From NCBI GenBank assembly GCA_963814545.1, contig CAWFDC010000008.1, positions 39,257 through 103,256 on the forward strand: 64,000 bases of DNA, in the 5' to 3' direction. This document shows, one piece after another, positions 21,681 to 34,052 of this stretch. The stretch is from an uncultured Thermoleophilia bacterium. GTDB lineage: Bacteria > Actinomycetota > Thermoleophilia > UBA2241. Made by a program: the position numbers and the translations under genes. The first letter of the stretch is position 1. Each line of letters begins with the position of its first letter. The notes under the pieces were generated by a model, which did not search any database, was not told the DNA's origin, and worked only from the letters and a program-made list of their open reading frames with translations.

Positions 21681-22516
21681 ACGCGGCCGCGCTGCGCGCC
21701 GCGGCCCGCGCGGCCGCGCGGCGCGCCCTCGACGAGGACCTCGCCGGCTACGGCGACCTCACCGGCGCGGCGTTCGAGGGCGACGGGGTCGGGCGCGTGG
21801 TCGCCCGGGAGGCCGGGGTGCTCTCCGGCCGCCTCGCCTTCGAGGAGGCGGCCGCGCTCGTCGACCCCGGCCTCAGCGTCACGTTCGAGCGCGACGACGG
21901 CGACCGTATCGCCGCCGGCGAGACGGTCGCCGTCGTCGCCGGTCGCCTGGCGAGCATCCTCGCCCTCGAGCGCACCGGGCTCAACTTCCTCGGCCGGCTC
22001 TCCGGCGTCGCCACGCTGACGGCGCGCTTCGTCGCCGAGATCGAGGGCACCGGCGCGCGCATCGCTGCGACGCGTAAGACGACGCCCGGCCTGCGCGCTC
22101 TCGAGAAGGCCGCCGTCGTGCACGGCGGCGGCCTGGCTCACCGTTTCGGCCTCTTCGACGCCGCGATGATCAAGGACAACCACGCGGCGGCGGCCGGCGG
22201 CGTCGCCGCCGCCGTCGAGCGCGTACGCGCGCACCTGGGTCATATCCACGGCCTCGAGGTCGAGGTCGACGACCTCGGCCAGCTCGAGGAGGCGCTCGCC
22301 GCCGGGGCCAGGGTCGTGCTGCTCGACAACATGGACGGGGCCACGATCCGCGCCGCCGTCGAGCTGGTCGGCGGCCGCGCCGTCGTCGAGGTCTCCGGCG
22401 GCGTGACCCTCGAGCGCGTGCGTGAGCTCGCCGCGACCGGCGCCGACGTGCTCTCGGCCGGCGCGCTCACCACGCGCGCCCCGTGGCTGGACGTCGCTCT
22501 CGATCTGGAGACTTGA
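21677..22516 (+). CDS. nadC: Nicotinate-nucleotide pyrophosphorylase (quinolinate phosphoribosyltransferase)
   Basis: ERTGLNFL..LSGVAT, TRKTTPGLR, HRFGL.D..MIKDNH, EVEV, LLDNM, E.SGG. Confidence 0.95.
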   Translation: MNAAALRAAARAAARRALDEDLAGYGDLTGAAFEGDGVGRVVAREAGVLSGRLAFEEAAALVDPGLSVTFERDDGDRIAAGETVAVVAGRLASILALERTGLNFLGRLSGVATLTARFVAEIEGTGARIAATRKTTPGLRALEKAAVVHGGGLAHRFGLFDAAMIKDNHAAAAGGVAAAVERVRAHLGHIHGLEVEVDDLGQLEEALAAGARVVLLDNMDGATIRAAVELVGGRAVVEVSGGVTLERVRELAATGADVLSAGALTTRAPWLDVALDLET

Positions 22517-22518
22517 CG

Positions 22519-23292
22519 ATGCTGCTCGTCGTCGACGTCGGCAACACGCAGACCGTCATCGGCCTCGTCGAGGGCGGCGACGTCGAGCACCACTGGCGCA
22601 TCGCTACCGTGCGGCATCGTACCGGCGACGAGATCGCCGGTCTCCTGCAGGGCTTCTTCTCCCTCGCCGGGATGCGCTTCACCGAAGACGTCGACGAGGT
22701 CGGCATCGCCTCGGTCGTCCCCCGGCTCACGGCGCAGTGGACGGAGATGTGCGAGAAGCACCTCGGCGTGACGCCCTTCGTCGTCGGCCCCGGGGCGCGG
22801 AGCGGCATCCGCATCGCGATGAAGAACCCGACCGAGGTCGGCGCCGACCGCATCGTCAACGCCGTTGCGGCGTTCGAGTCGTACGGGGGGCCGTGCATCG
22901 TCTGCGACTTCGGCACGGCCACCACCTTCGACGTGATCTCCGCCACCGGCGACTACCTCGGGGGCGCGATCGCGCCCGGCATCGAGGTCTCGATGGAGGC
23001 GCTCACGACGCGTGCCGCGAAGCTCACCAAGGTCGAGCTCGTCGAGCCGGCGCACGCGATCGGCAAGGCCACGGCCGAGAGCCTGCAGTCGGGCATGGTC
23101 TACGGCTTCGCCGGTCAGGTCGAGGGCGTCGTGCACGCGATCTGGGAGGAGCTCGGCGAGCAGGCCCGCGTCGTCGCCACCGGCGGGCTCGCCGAACTGA
23201 TCGCGCGGCACACCGCGGTCATCGCGGCGGTCGACCCCTTCCTCACGCTGCGCGGCATCGAGCTGGTCATGCGTCGCCAGCACCCGGCCTGA
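22519..23292 (+). CDS. coaX: Type III pantothenate kinase
   Basis: DVGNT, SVVP, VGADR, DFGTATT, GGAI.PG, ATGG. Confidence 0.95.
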   Translation: MLLVVDVGNTQTVIGLVEGGDVEHHWRIATVRHRTGDEIAGLLQGFFSLAGMRFTEDVDEVGIASVVPRLTAQWTEMCEKHLGVTPFVVGPGARSGIRIAMKNPTEVGADRIVNAVAAFESYGGPCIVCDFGTATTFDVISATGDYLGGAIAPGIEVSMEALTTRAAKLTKVELVEPAHAIGKATAESLQSGMVYGFAGQVEGVVHAIWEELGEQARVVATGGLAELIARHTAVIAAVDPFLTLRGIELVMRRQHPA

Positions 23293-23316
23293 GCCGGGGC
23301 GGCGGGGGGAGCGCCG

Positions 23317-24297
23317 GTGAGCCGCGGACAGGCACGGCGCGAGCCCCCGGCGTCGCCGTTCGCGCGCTCCCTTCACATCGGCCGCCTGCGCCTGGAGCAG
23401 CGCCTCTTCATGGCGCCGATGGCGGGGATCACGACGCCGGCCTTCCGCCGCAGCGTGCGCCGCTGGGGCGCCGGGCTCGTCTTCACCGAGATGATCTCGG
23501 CCTACGGCCTCTGCTACGGGGGCGCGCGCACGTTCGCGTACCTGGAGCACGACGAGGACGAGCACCCCATCGGCTTCCAGCTCTTCGGCGCCGATGCCGA
23601 CTACCTCGCCCGCGCCGCTGAGCTCTGCGCGGGCGCGGGCGCCGACCTGGTCGACCTCAACATGGCCTGCCCGGTGCGCAAGGTCCTGAAGACCGGCGCC
23701 GGCGCTGCCCTGCTCGGCGACCACGAGCGCGCCGAGGACATCGTGCGCACCGTGGCCGGCGCCGTGGGGCCCGAGGTGCCGGTGACGGTGAAGCTGCGCG
23801 CCGGGTTGCGCGAGGGCGACGAGGCGGGGCGCCGGCTGGCGCCCCGCCTCGTCGCCGCCGGCGCCGCCGCCGTCTTCCTCCACCCGCGCACCGTCACCCA
23901 GCTCTACCGTGGGCGCGCCGACCACGGGCTCACCGAGGCGCTCGCCGCCGAGCTGCCGGTGCCGGTCGTGGCTTCGGGTGACGTGGACGGCCGCGGCGCC
24001 GCGCTCGAGCTCCTCGAGCGCGGCGCCGCGGCCGTCGCCCTCGCCCGCTACGCCGTCGGCGCCCCCTGGCTCTTCCACGAGGTCCTCGGCGGCGACCCGC
24101 CGCCGGCGGACGAACGGCTCAAGGAGGCGCGGCGCTTCGCCGATGACGTCCTCCGTCGGATGGGTCCGCGCGGGGTGCGCTACCTGCGCCAGTTCTGGCC
24201 GAAGCTCCGGCGCGGCGGCGCCCTCGACCGCGAGACGGCCGAAGCGCTCATGGGGGCCGGGGACGAGGCTGCGGTGCGGGCGCTGCTGAGCGCGTGA
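23317..24297 (+). CDS. dusB: tRNA-dihydrouridine synthase
   Basis: APMAG, TEMI, QLFG, DLNMACP, G.GAALL, VTVKLR.G, H.RT. Confidence 0.88.
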   Translation: MSRGQARREPPASPFARSLHIGRLRLEQRLFMAPMAGITTPAFRRSVRRWGAGLVFTEMISAYGLCYGGARTFAYLEHDEDEHPIGFQLFGADADYLARAAELCAGAGADLVDLNMACPVRKVLKTGAGAALLGDHERAEDIVRTVAGAVGPEVPVTVKLRAGLREGDEAGRRLAPRLVAAGAAAVFLHPRTVTQLYRGRADHGLTEALAAELPVPVVASGDVDGRGAALELLERGAAAVALARYAVGAPWLFHEVLGGDPPPADERLKEARRFADDVLRRMGPRGVRYLRQFWPKLRRGGALDRETAEALMGAGDEAAVRALLSA

Positions 24298-24338
24298 CGC
24301 GGCCGCACGCGCGGCCGGTCGACGCTCGCCGCGCACGG

Positions 24339-24367
24339 TTGCGCGACCCGGAGGCGCGGCCTATACT
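24339..24367 (+). promoter_or_regulatory. Sigma-70-type promoter of greA-lysS
   Basis: TTGCGC-17 nt-TATACT. Confidence 0.7.
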
Positions 24368-24432
24368 GTCGTGCCGTTTACGGCGCGCGGCCTCATCAAG
24401 GGGCCGCGCCGTCGTGTTCAAGAGGAGGCACA

Positions 24433-24912
24433 GTGGTCGACCGCGAGATCATCCTCACCCCCGAGGGTCATCGGAGGATCAAAGAGGAGATCGAGTACCT
24501 CTCCACGGTGAAGCGCGACGAGGTTGCGGAGCGCATCCGCAACGCGCGCGACTTCGGTGACATCTCGGAGAACTCAGAGTACGACGACGCCAAGAACGAG
24601 CAGGCCATGCTCGAGGCGCGCATCTACGCCCTCGAGGAGAAGCTGCGCAGTGCCATCATCATCGACGCCGAGACGGTGCAGACCGACAAGGTCGGCGTCG
24701 GCACCAAGGTGACCCTGCAGGACATGGAGCACGGCGAGGTGGTCCAGTACTCCATCGTCGGCTCGGCCGAGGCCGACCCGCTCACCTTCAAGCTCTCCAA
24801 CGAGTCGCCCGTCGGGCGTGCCATCCTCGGCCACAAGCCGGGCGACAAGGTCACGGTCGCAGTGCCCAAGGGCTCCAAGAAGTTCAAGGTCCTCGCCATC
24901 GAGCGCGCCTGA
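24433..24912 (+). CDS. greA: Transcription elongation factor GreA
   Basis: LT.EG, GDISENSEYDDAK, IVGSAEADP, SNESPVGRA. Confidence 0.97.
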   Translation: MVDREIILTPEGHRRIKEEIEYLSTVKRDEVAERIRNARDFGDISENSEYDDAKNEQAMLEARIYALEEKLRSAIIIDAETVQTDKVGVGTKVTLQDMEHGEVVQYSIVGSAEADPLTFKLSNESPVGRAILGHKPGDKVTVAVPKGSKKFKVLAIERA

Positions 24913-24923
24913 CGGCTCCGCTC

Positions 24924-26408
24924 GTGGACGAGCACAGCGAGCACGGCGACGTCTTCGCGGAGCGCCGCGAGAAGCTCGCCGCCTGGCGGGCCACCGGCGC
25001 CGCCTACCCCACGCAGTACCAGCCGCGCGACGAGATCGGCGCGTTGCGCGACGCGTACGAGCGCCTCGAGTCCGGCCAGGACTCGGGCGAGGTGCGCCGC
25101 GTCGCCGGCCGCGTCATGGCGCGACGCGTCCATGGCAAGGTCTCCTTCGTCGTCCTCAAGGACGCCTCGGGTGAGCTGCAGCTCTTCGCCCAGCTCGACG
25201 CGCTCGGCGACGAGCGCTACGCGGCGCTCGAGCACGTCGACCTGGGCGACCACGTCGGCGCCGAGGGCACGGTCATGCGCACGCGGCGCGGCGAGCTCTC
25301 GCTGCGCGTCACCTCGTGGCAGCTCCTCAGCAAGTCGCTGCGCCCACTGCCCGAGAAGTTCCACGGCCTGACCGACGTCGAGCTGCGCTACCGCAAGCGC
25401 TACCTCGACACCATCGTCAACGACGAGTCGCGCGAGATCTTCGTGCAGCGCGCGACCGTCATCCGCACGATCCGTGAGTTCCTCGACGGGCGCGGCTTCG
25501 TCGAGGTCGAGACCCCGGTGCTGCAGCCGCTCTACGGCGGCGCCATGGCGCGCCCCTTCGTCACCCACCACAACGAGCTCAAGCGCGACCTCTACCTGCG
25601 CATCGCCACCGAGCTCTACCTCAAGCGCTGCATCGTCGGCGGCATCGACCGGGTCTACGAGATCGGCAAGGACTTCCGCAACGAGGGCGTGAGCTACAAG
25701 CACAACCCCGAGTTCACGATGCTCGAGACCTACGAGGCCTACGTCGACTACAACCACGTCATGACCATGGTCGAGGACATGCTGGTCGCCGCCGCCGAGG
25801 CGGTCGGGCACCTGAAGGTCGAGTTCCGCGGCCACGAGATCGACCTCACGCCGCCGTGGCCGCGCCTCACCATGCGCGAGGCGGTCCGCGAGAAGTCGGG
25901 CATCGACATCGGCGCCGACGACGCGCGCACGGTCGCCGACCTGCAGGCGAGGATCAGGGAGGCGGGCCTCGAGAGCAAGGTCCCCCTCGCCCCGACCTGG
26001 GGCACGCAGGTCGACGAGCTCTTCAGCGAGATGGTCGAGCCCGACCTCATCCAGCCGTCGTTCATCACCGAGCACCCGCTCGAGACCAGCCCGTTCGCCA
26101 AGAAGTGCCCCCACGACCCGCGCTTCGTCGAGCGCTTCGAGGGTTTCATCGCCGGCATGGAGACGAGCAACGCCTTCAGCGAGCTGAACGACCCCGACGA
26201 CCAGCGGGCGCGCTTCATGCAGCACGTCGGCGACTTCGAGGCCGGCGACGAAGAGGCCCACCAGCTCGACGAGGACTTCCTCGAAGCGATGGAGTACGGC
26301 ATGCCGCCGACCGGCGGCATGGGCATGGGCATCGACCGCATCGTGATGATCCTCACCGGCGCCGCGAGCATCCGCGACGTCATCCTCTTCCCGGCGCTGC
26401 GCGGCTAG
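24924..26408 (+). CDS. lysS: Lysine--tRNA ligase (class II)
   Basis: PLPEKFHGL.D.E.RYR.RYLD, EVETP, FRNEG...HNPEFT, YGMPPTGG.G.GIDR. Confidence 0.97.
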   Translation: MDEHSEHGDVFAERREKLAAWRATGAAYPTQYQPRDEIGALRDAYERLESGQDSGEVRRVAGRVMARRVHGKVSFVVLKDASGELQLFAQLDALGDERYAALEHVDLGDHVGAEGTVMRTRRGELSLRVTSWQLLSKSLRPLPEKFHGLTDVELRYRKRYLDTIVNDESREIFVQRATVIRTIREFLDGRGFVEVETPVLQPLYGGAMARPFVTHHNELKRDLYLRIATELYLKRCIVGGIDRVYEIGKDFRNEGVSYKHNPEFTMLETYEAYVDYNHVMTMVEDMLVAAAEAVGHLKVEFRGHEIDLTPPWPRLTMREAVREKSGIDIGADDARTVADLQARIREAGLESKVPLAPTWGTQVDELFSEMVEPDLIQPSFITEHPLETSPFAKKCPHDPRFVERFEGFIAGMETSNAFSELNDPDDQRARFMQHVGDFEAGDEEAHQLDEDFLEAMEYGMPPTGGMGMGIDRIVMILTGAASIRDVILFPALRG

Positions 26409-26626
26409 GTCTCCGGGGCGCGAGCCAGGGCCGGCGCGTGCGCCGCGCTCGCGCCGTCCCGTCGGCTTCCCCCGGCCCGGCGGCCTCGGGTCGCGCCCGG
26501 CCGTGAATCGGGTACCATAGTCTCGTGCCCTCGCCCGGGGGCGGGGCCAGTCTGTCGAACCACGCGTCCCGGCGACGCGTTCGGTGTCTCTTCCGGCGCC
26601 GGCGTCGCCCCGACAAGGAGAGCGGC

Positions 26627-29194
<2,568 letters not shown>

Positions 29195-29202
29195 GCCGGG
29201 CC

Positions 29203-30615
29203 GTGGCCCGGCGCCAGACCGTCTTCGTCTGCAGCCAGTGCGGTCGTCGCGAGCCCAAGTGGCTCGGGCACTGCCCCGACTGCGGCGCCTGGGACTCGTT
29301 CACCGAAGAGGTCGTCGCCGCGCCGGCGCGGCGCGGGAGCGGCAAGGCGGAGGGGGGCGGCCGCGCTGCGGCCGCCCCCCTCCGCCTTGCCGACGTCACC
29401 TCGTCGGCGGTCGCCCGCTTCCCCTCCGGCATCGCCGAGCTCGACCTCGTCCTCGGCGGCGGCTTCGTGCCCGGCTCACTCGTGCTGCTCGGCGGCGAGC
29501 CGGGCATCGGCAAGAGCACCCTGCTCCTGCAGGTCCTCGACGCCGTCGCCGGCGAACGGCAGGTGCTGCTCGTCTGCGGCGAGGAGTCGCCCGCCCAGGT
29601 CAAGATGCGCGCCGAGCGTGTCTGCAGCCGCCCGGAGACGATCGCCGTGCTGGCCGAGACCGAGCTCGAGAGCCTTCTCGCCGCCGTCGACGCCCAGCGC
29701 CCGGCGCTGGTCGTCGTCGACTCGGTGCAGACGCTCTACAGTGACGCCCTCACCTCGGCGCCCGGCAGCGTGAGCCAGGTGCGCGAGGCGGCCGGGCGCT
29801 TCCAGCGTCTCGCCAAGGACACCGGGGTCGCCGTGGTCCTCGTCGGTCACGTCACCAAAGAGGGCGCCCTCGCCGGGCCGCGGGTGCTCGAGCACGTCGT
29901 CGACACCGTGCTCCAGTTCGAGGGCGACCGGCAGCGGTTCTACCGCACGCTGCGCGCGTCCAAGAACCGCTTCGGTTCGACCGAGGAGCTCGGCGTCTTC
30001 GAGATGACCGAGGCAGGCCTGGTGGCGGTCACCGACCCGGCGCAGCTCTTCGCCGGCGACGGCCGCTCGGCGGCCGGCGCCGCGACCCACGTCGCCGTCG
30101 AGGGCAGCCGCTGTCTCCTGGTCGAAGTCCAGGCCCTGGCCAGTCGCAGCGAGCTCGCCGTACCGCGGCGCATCGCCACCGGGTTCGACCGCAACCGGCT
30201 GGCGATGATCCTCGCCGTCCTCGCCCGTCACGCGGGCCTGTCGTTGTCCTCGGCCGACATTTTTGCTAATATTGCAGGCGGGATTCGCATCGACGAGCCC
30301 GCGGCAGACCTCGCCGTCGCGACCGCCCTCGCCTCGGCCGGCCGCGACACACCACTCCCGCCGCGGGTCGCATTGTTCGGAGAGATCAGCCTGACGGGCG
30401 AACTTCGTTCATGCAGCCAGGCTGGGCGGCGTGTTGCCGAAGCCGCGAGGTGCGGCTACACGCGGCTCATCGTGCCTGCGGCCGACGCGGCCGCGCACAG
30501 GGGCACGGGCGTGCAGGTCGACGGGGCCGCAGACGTACGTGAGGCCCTCCGCCTCGCCGCTGTGGCAGGTCCAGCAGGCACGACAAGCGCCAAGAGCGAC
30601 GACGGGGGGGTTTGA
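29203..30615 (+). CDS. radA: DNA repair protein RadA/Sms
   Basis: CxxC..KWLG.CPxC zinc finger, GEPGIGKST, DSVQT, KNRFG, Lon-like C-terminus. Confidence 0.96.
   Translation: MARRQTVFVCSQCGRREPKWLGHCPDCGAWDSFTEEVVAAPARRGSGKAEGGGRAAAAPLRLADVTSSAVARFPSGIAELDLVLGGGFVPGSLVLLGGEPGIGKSTLLLQVLDAVAGERQVLLVCGEESPAQVKMRAERVCSRPETIAVLAETELESLLAAVDAQRPALVVVDSVQTLYSDALTSAPGSVSQVREAAGRFQRLAKDTGVAVVLVGHVTKEGALAGPRVLEHVVDTVLQFEGDRQRFYRTLRASKNRFGSTEELGVFEMTEAGLVAVTDPAQLFAGDGRSAAGAATHVAVEGSRCLLVEVQALASRSELAVPRRIATGFDRNRLAMILAVLARHAGLSLSSADIFANIAGGIRIDEPAADLAVATALASAGRDTPLPPRVALFGEISLTGELRSCSQAGRRVAEAARCGYTRLIVPAADAAAHRGTGVQVDGAADVREALRLAAVAGPAGTTSAKSDDGGV
30244..30272 (+). promoter_or_regulatory. Putative internal promoter inside radA driving carD-yacL-ispDF
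   Basis: TTGTCC-17 nt-TAATAT with TG extension (TGcTAATAT), an AT-rich patch in an otherwise GC3-rich gene. Confidence 0.65.
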
Positions 30616-31157
30616 GCACCGTGTACGAGATCGGCGACAAGGTCGTGTACCCGCACCACGGGGCCGGCAAGATCGTCAAGATCGAGCAGAAGGAAGTGCT
30701 CGGTCAGCAGCGCGACTACCTGACGATCAAGATCCTCCACAACGACATGACCGTCATGGTGCCGGTCGAGAACGCCGACCGCGCGGGGCTCCGCCGGGTC
30801 GTCGATCGCGACGTCGTCGAGCAGGTCCTCGAGGTCCTGCGCGGCGACCCCACCAAGATGCCCAAGAATTGGAGCCGTCGCTACAAGCACAATCGCGACA
30901 AGCTCAAGACGGGCGATATCTTCGAGGTCGCCGAGGTGGTCCGCAACCTGGCCATCCGTCACGCCGACAAGGGACTCTCCACAGGCGAGAAGCAGATGTT
31001 CTCCAAGGCCAAGAAGATCCTGGCGAGCGAGCTCATGTACGCCCGCGAGTACAGCGAGGACGAGGCCAACGAGTTCCTCGATCGCGTCCTCGAGACCGTC
31101 CACCCCAGTGGCGCGTCGCTTGCCGAAGACACCCGAGAGCCAGCCCGGATCCTCTGA
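30612..31157 (+). CDS. carD: CarD-family RNA polymerase-binding transcription factor
   Basis: GDKVVYPHHGAG.I..IE, NWSRRYK with the conserved Trp, LSTGEK.M; TTG start overlapping the radA stop. Confidence 0.95.
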   Translation: MSTVYEIGDKVVYPHHGAGKIVKIEQKEVLGQQRDYLTIKILHNDMTVMVPVENADRAGLRRVVDRDVVEQVLEVLRGDPTKMPKNWSRRYKHNRDKLKTGDIFEVAEVVRNLAIRHADKGLSTGEKQMFSKAKKILASELMYAREYSEDEANEFLDRVLETVHPSGASLAEDTREPARIL

Positions 31158-31191
31158 GACGCCGCCCCCCGAGCGGGGGCGCGGCAGAGGC

Positions 31192-32244
31192 GTGCTCTCG
31201 ACCGCCATCCGCGCCGTGCTGGCGCTGCTCGGCGCCGTGGCCGGCTACCAGGTGGCCGACCGCCTGCGCGGCACCGAGGTCCTGCCCGAGTTCAGCGACT
31301 TCGAGGCCCTCGTCTTCCTCATCGCCCTGACCGGCGTCGGTCTGGTCGTCGGGTACCTGCTCGGCGCCTTCGTCGCCTGGCTCGTCAACCGCGGCCTCGA
31401 CCGCGTCGACGAGCGGCTCCTGCGCACGACCGGGCCCGAGGTCGTCGTCGCCGCCGTCGGCGTGCTCATCGGTCTCGCCATCGCCGGCCTGCTCAGCCTG
31501 GCCCTCGTCAACATCCCGTACGTCGGCCCGTACCTGCCGATCCCCGTCTTCCTGCTCTCCGGGTACTTCGTCGCCCACGTGGCGGTGCGCAAGCACGTCG
31601 AGATCCTCAGGATGCTCGGCTTGCGCCGCGGCCTCGAGGCGCTCGAGGGGCGCACCCCGCCCAAGCTTCTCGACTCGAGCGCCATCATCGACGGTCGCAT
31701 CGTCGACGTGGTGCGCACCGGGTTTCTCGAGGGCGAGCTCCTCGTGCCGCGCTTCGTCATCGAGGAGCTGCAGCGCCTCGCCGACTCGTCCGACGCCGAG
31801 AAGCGGGTCCGCGGCCGGCGCGGCCTCGACTACGTGCGCCGCCTGCAGGACGCCAGCGACCAGGTGCGCGTCGAGGGCACCGACTACGCCGACATCGATG
31901 CCGTCGACGCCAAGCTCGTGCGTCTCGGCCGCGATCTCGACGGGCAGGTCCTCAGCACCGACCACACGCTCGCCAAGGTGGCCGCGATCCAGGGCGTGCG
32001 CGTGCTCAACGTCAACGACCTCGCCGACGCCGTCAAGGCGGCCGTGCTGCCGGGCGAGCAGATCGAGGTCAAGATCCTGCGCGAGGGCCGCGAGCAGGAC
32101 CAGGGCATCGGGTACCTCGACGATGGCACGATGATCGTCGTCGAGGAGGCGGCCGGCAAGGTCGGCAACCGCGTGCAGGCCGAGGTGACGAGTGTCCTGC
32201 AGAGCCCGTCCGGCAAGATGATCTTCTCGCGCCTGGTGCGCTGA
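31192..32244 (+). CDS. yacL: Membrane PIN/TRAM-domain protein (YacL-like)
   Basis: Four TM segments, LLDSSAIIDGRI, ELQ.LADS.D..KR.RGRRGLD, GIGYLDDGTMIVVE. Confidence 0.9.
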   Translation: MLSTAIRAVLALLGAVAGYQVADRLRGTEVLPEFSDFEALVFLIALTGVGLVVGYLLGAFVAWLVNRGLDRVDERLLRTTGPEVVVAAVGVLIGLAIAGLLSLALVNIPYVGPYLPIPVFLLSGYFVAHVAVRKHVEILRMLGLRRGLEALEGRTPPKLLDSSAIIDGRIVDVVRTGFLEGELLVPRFVIEELQRLADSSDAEKRVRGRRGLDYVRRLQDASDQVRVEGTDYADIDAVDAKLVRLGRDLDGQVLSTDHTLAKVAAIQGVRVLNVNDLADAVKAAVLPGEQIEVKILREGREQDQGIGYLDDGTMIVVEEAAGKVGNRVQAEVTSVLQSPSGKMIFSRLVR

Positions 32245-32257
32245 GAGAGGAGACGAC

Positions 32258-32977
32258 GTGGCCGATCCACCGTCCGCGCAGCCTGTGTGGGTGATCGTCG
32301 CCGCCGCCGGCGAGAGCCGGCGCATGGGGCTCCCCGACGGCGAGTCCAAGCAGTTCCTCCTGCTCGGCGGCGAGCCCGTGCTGTGCCACTCGGTGCGGCG
32401 CCTGCTGTCGATCCCGCAGGTCGCCGGCCTCGTCGTCGTCCTCCACCCTTCGCACACCGTGCGCTTCGCGAGCGAGCTCTTCGGTCTCGACGACGGCACG
32501 CCGCTGCTGCTCGCGGAGGGCGGCCGCGAGCGCGCCGACTCGGTGCGCGCCGGGCTCCTCGAGGTGCCGGCCGAGGTCGAGGTGATCGCCGTCCACGACG
32601 GGGCGCGGCCGCTGTTCTCGCGTCACGTCTTCGAGGACTGCGTGCGCGCCCTCGACGGCGCCGACGGCGCCATACCCGCGATCGAGGTCAGCGACACGCT
32701 CAAGCGCAGCGACGAGCGTCGCGCCGTGGTCGACACGGTCGACCGCCGCGCGCTCTGGGCGGCGCAGACGCCGCAGGTGTTCCGCGCCGCGGCGCTGCGC
32801 GAGGTGTACGCGCGCCCCGACGTCGGCGGCGCGACCGACGACGCCGCCCTTCTCGAGCGCGCCGGCCGTCGCGTCGTCGTCGTCCCGTCGACGCCGGCCA
32901 ACGTCAAGATCACGACGCCGCAGGACCTCCCGCTCGCGGGGGCGCTGCTCTCGTGGGAGGTCGAGGCCGACGTTTAG
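32258..32977 (+). CDS. ispD: 2-C-methyl-D-erythritol 4-phosphate cytidylyltransferase
   Basis: AAG.S.RMG, KQFL, GG.ER.DSV, VHDGARP, AQTPQ.F, TDD, N.KITT..DL. Confidence 0.95.
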   Translation: MADPPSAQPVWVIVAAAGESRRMGLPDGESKQFLLLGGEPVLCHSVRRLLSIPQVAGLVVVLHPSHTVRFASELFGLDDGTPLLLAEGGRERADSVRAGLLEVPAEVEVIAVHDGARPLFSRHVFEDCVRALDGADGAIPAIEVSDTLKRSDERRAVVDTVDRRALWAAQTPQVFRAAALREVYARPDVGGATDDAALLERAGRRVVVVPSTPANVKITTPQDLPLAGALLSWEVEADV

Positions 32978-33449
32978 GGTCGGCCAGGGCGTCGACGCGC
33001 ACCGCTTCGCGCCGGGTCGCCCCCTGGTGCTCGCGGGCGTCGAGGTCCCCCACCCCGAGGGGCTCGCCGGTCACTCCGACGCCGACGTCGCCGCGCACGC
33101 GGTGATGGACGCCCTGCTGGGCGCCGCCGGGCTCGGCGACATCGGGCAGCTCTTCCCCGACGGCGACGAGGCCTACCGCGGCGCCGACAGCATCGCCCTG
33201 CTCGCAGATGTGGGGCGGCGCGTGGCGGCGGCGGGCTGGCGCGTGGTCAACGTGGACCTGACGGTGGTCTGCGAGGCGCCGCGCCTCGCTCCGCTGCGCG
33301 GCGCGATGGTCGCGCGGCTCGCCGCGGCGCTCGGCATCGCGCCGGAGGCCGTCGGGGTGAAGGCGACGACGACCGAGGGGATGGGGTTCGCGGGGCGTGG
33401 CGAGGGGATCGTCGCGCTGGCGGTCTGCCTGCTGACGGACGAGGAGTAG
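32970..33449 (+). CDS. ispF: 2-C-methyl-D-erythritol 2,4-cyclodiphosphate synthase (no canonical start codon)
   Basis: FRVGQGVDAH, GHSDADV..HA..DALLGA, GDIG..FPD, KATTTE.MGF.GRGEG. Confidence 0.92.
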   Translation, partial: TFRVGQGVDAHRFAPGRPLVLAGVEVPHPEGLAGHSDADVAAHAVMDALLGAAGLGDIGQLFPDGDEAYRGADSIALLADVGRRVAAAGWRVVNVDLTVVCEAPRLAPLRGAMVARLAAALGIAPEAVGVKATTTEGMGFAGRGEGIVALAVCLLTDEE

Positions 33450-33573
33450 AGCCGCACGCGACCCGGCAGCGGTCGGCGCGCGGCAGCGGTCGGCGTGCGG
33501 GCGCGGTCGGCGAGCGGAGCCGTTCGGAGCCGGAGGCCGGTCAGAGACGGGGCCCGATCAGGCCCCGAGCCGG

Positions 33574-33789
33574 TCAGCTCTTGTCGTCGCCCGCCTCGTC
33601 GCCCTTGTCGAGGCGCGTCGCGTCGGAGCCTTCGAGCTCCTTGTCGTCGCCGTCTTCGTTCAGACCCTTCTTGAAGCCGCGGATGCTCTGCCCCATGGAC
33701 TTGCCGAGCTTGGGGAGACGGCTGGCCCCGAACAGGAGCACGAGGATCCCCAGGATGATCAGGAGTTCGGTCGGGCCGAGGTTGGGCAT
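33574..33789 (-). CDS. tatA: Twin-arginine translocase subunit TatA/E
   Basis: LGPTELLIIL..LLFGA.RLP.LGKS.G..IRGFKKG. Confidence 0.93.
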   Translation of the reverse strand: MPNLGPTELLIILGILVLLFGASRLPKLGKSMGQSIRGFKKGLNEDGDDKELEGSDATRLDKGDEAGDDKS

Positions 33790-33945
33790 GTCACTCTTCT
33801 CTCTGGTCGCTATCGCCCGCCGCCCGCCGACACGGCGGGCGGCCAGGTCCTGACAGAGAGACTGTACGGTAGCCCGCAGGCGCAATCAAGGCGGGCGCGG
33901 CGGGCCGTTCCCGGGCTCCCGGCGGCGGACGCGGTTCGCCCCATG

Positions 33946-34031
33946 TCCCTGCGGGAGCAGACGGCGGCCCGACCGGCGCCGGCAGGGATCCCAGCGGGAG
34001 CAGACGGCGGCTGGACCGGCCCCGGCAGGGG
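33946..34031. repeat. 43-bp imperfect tandem duplication in the tatA-mobAB spacer
   Basis: GCGGGAGCAGACGGCGGC..GACCGGC.CCGGCAGGG at 33951 and 33994. Confidence 0.8.
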
Positions 34032-34052
34032 TCGCGACCCGCTGGGTCGCGC

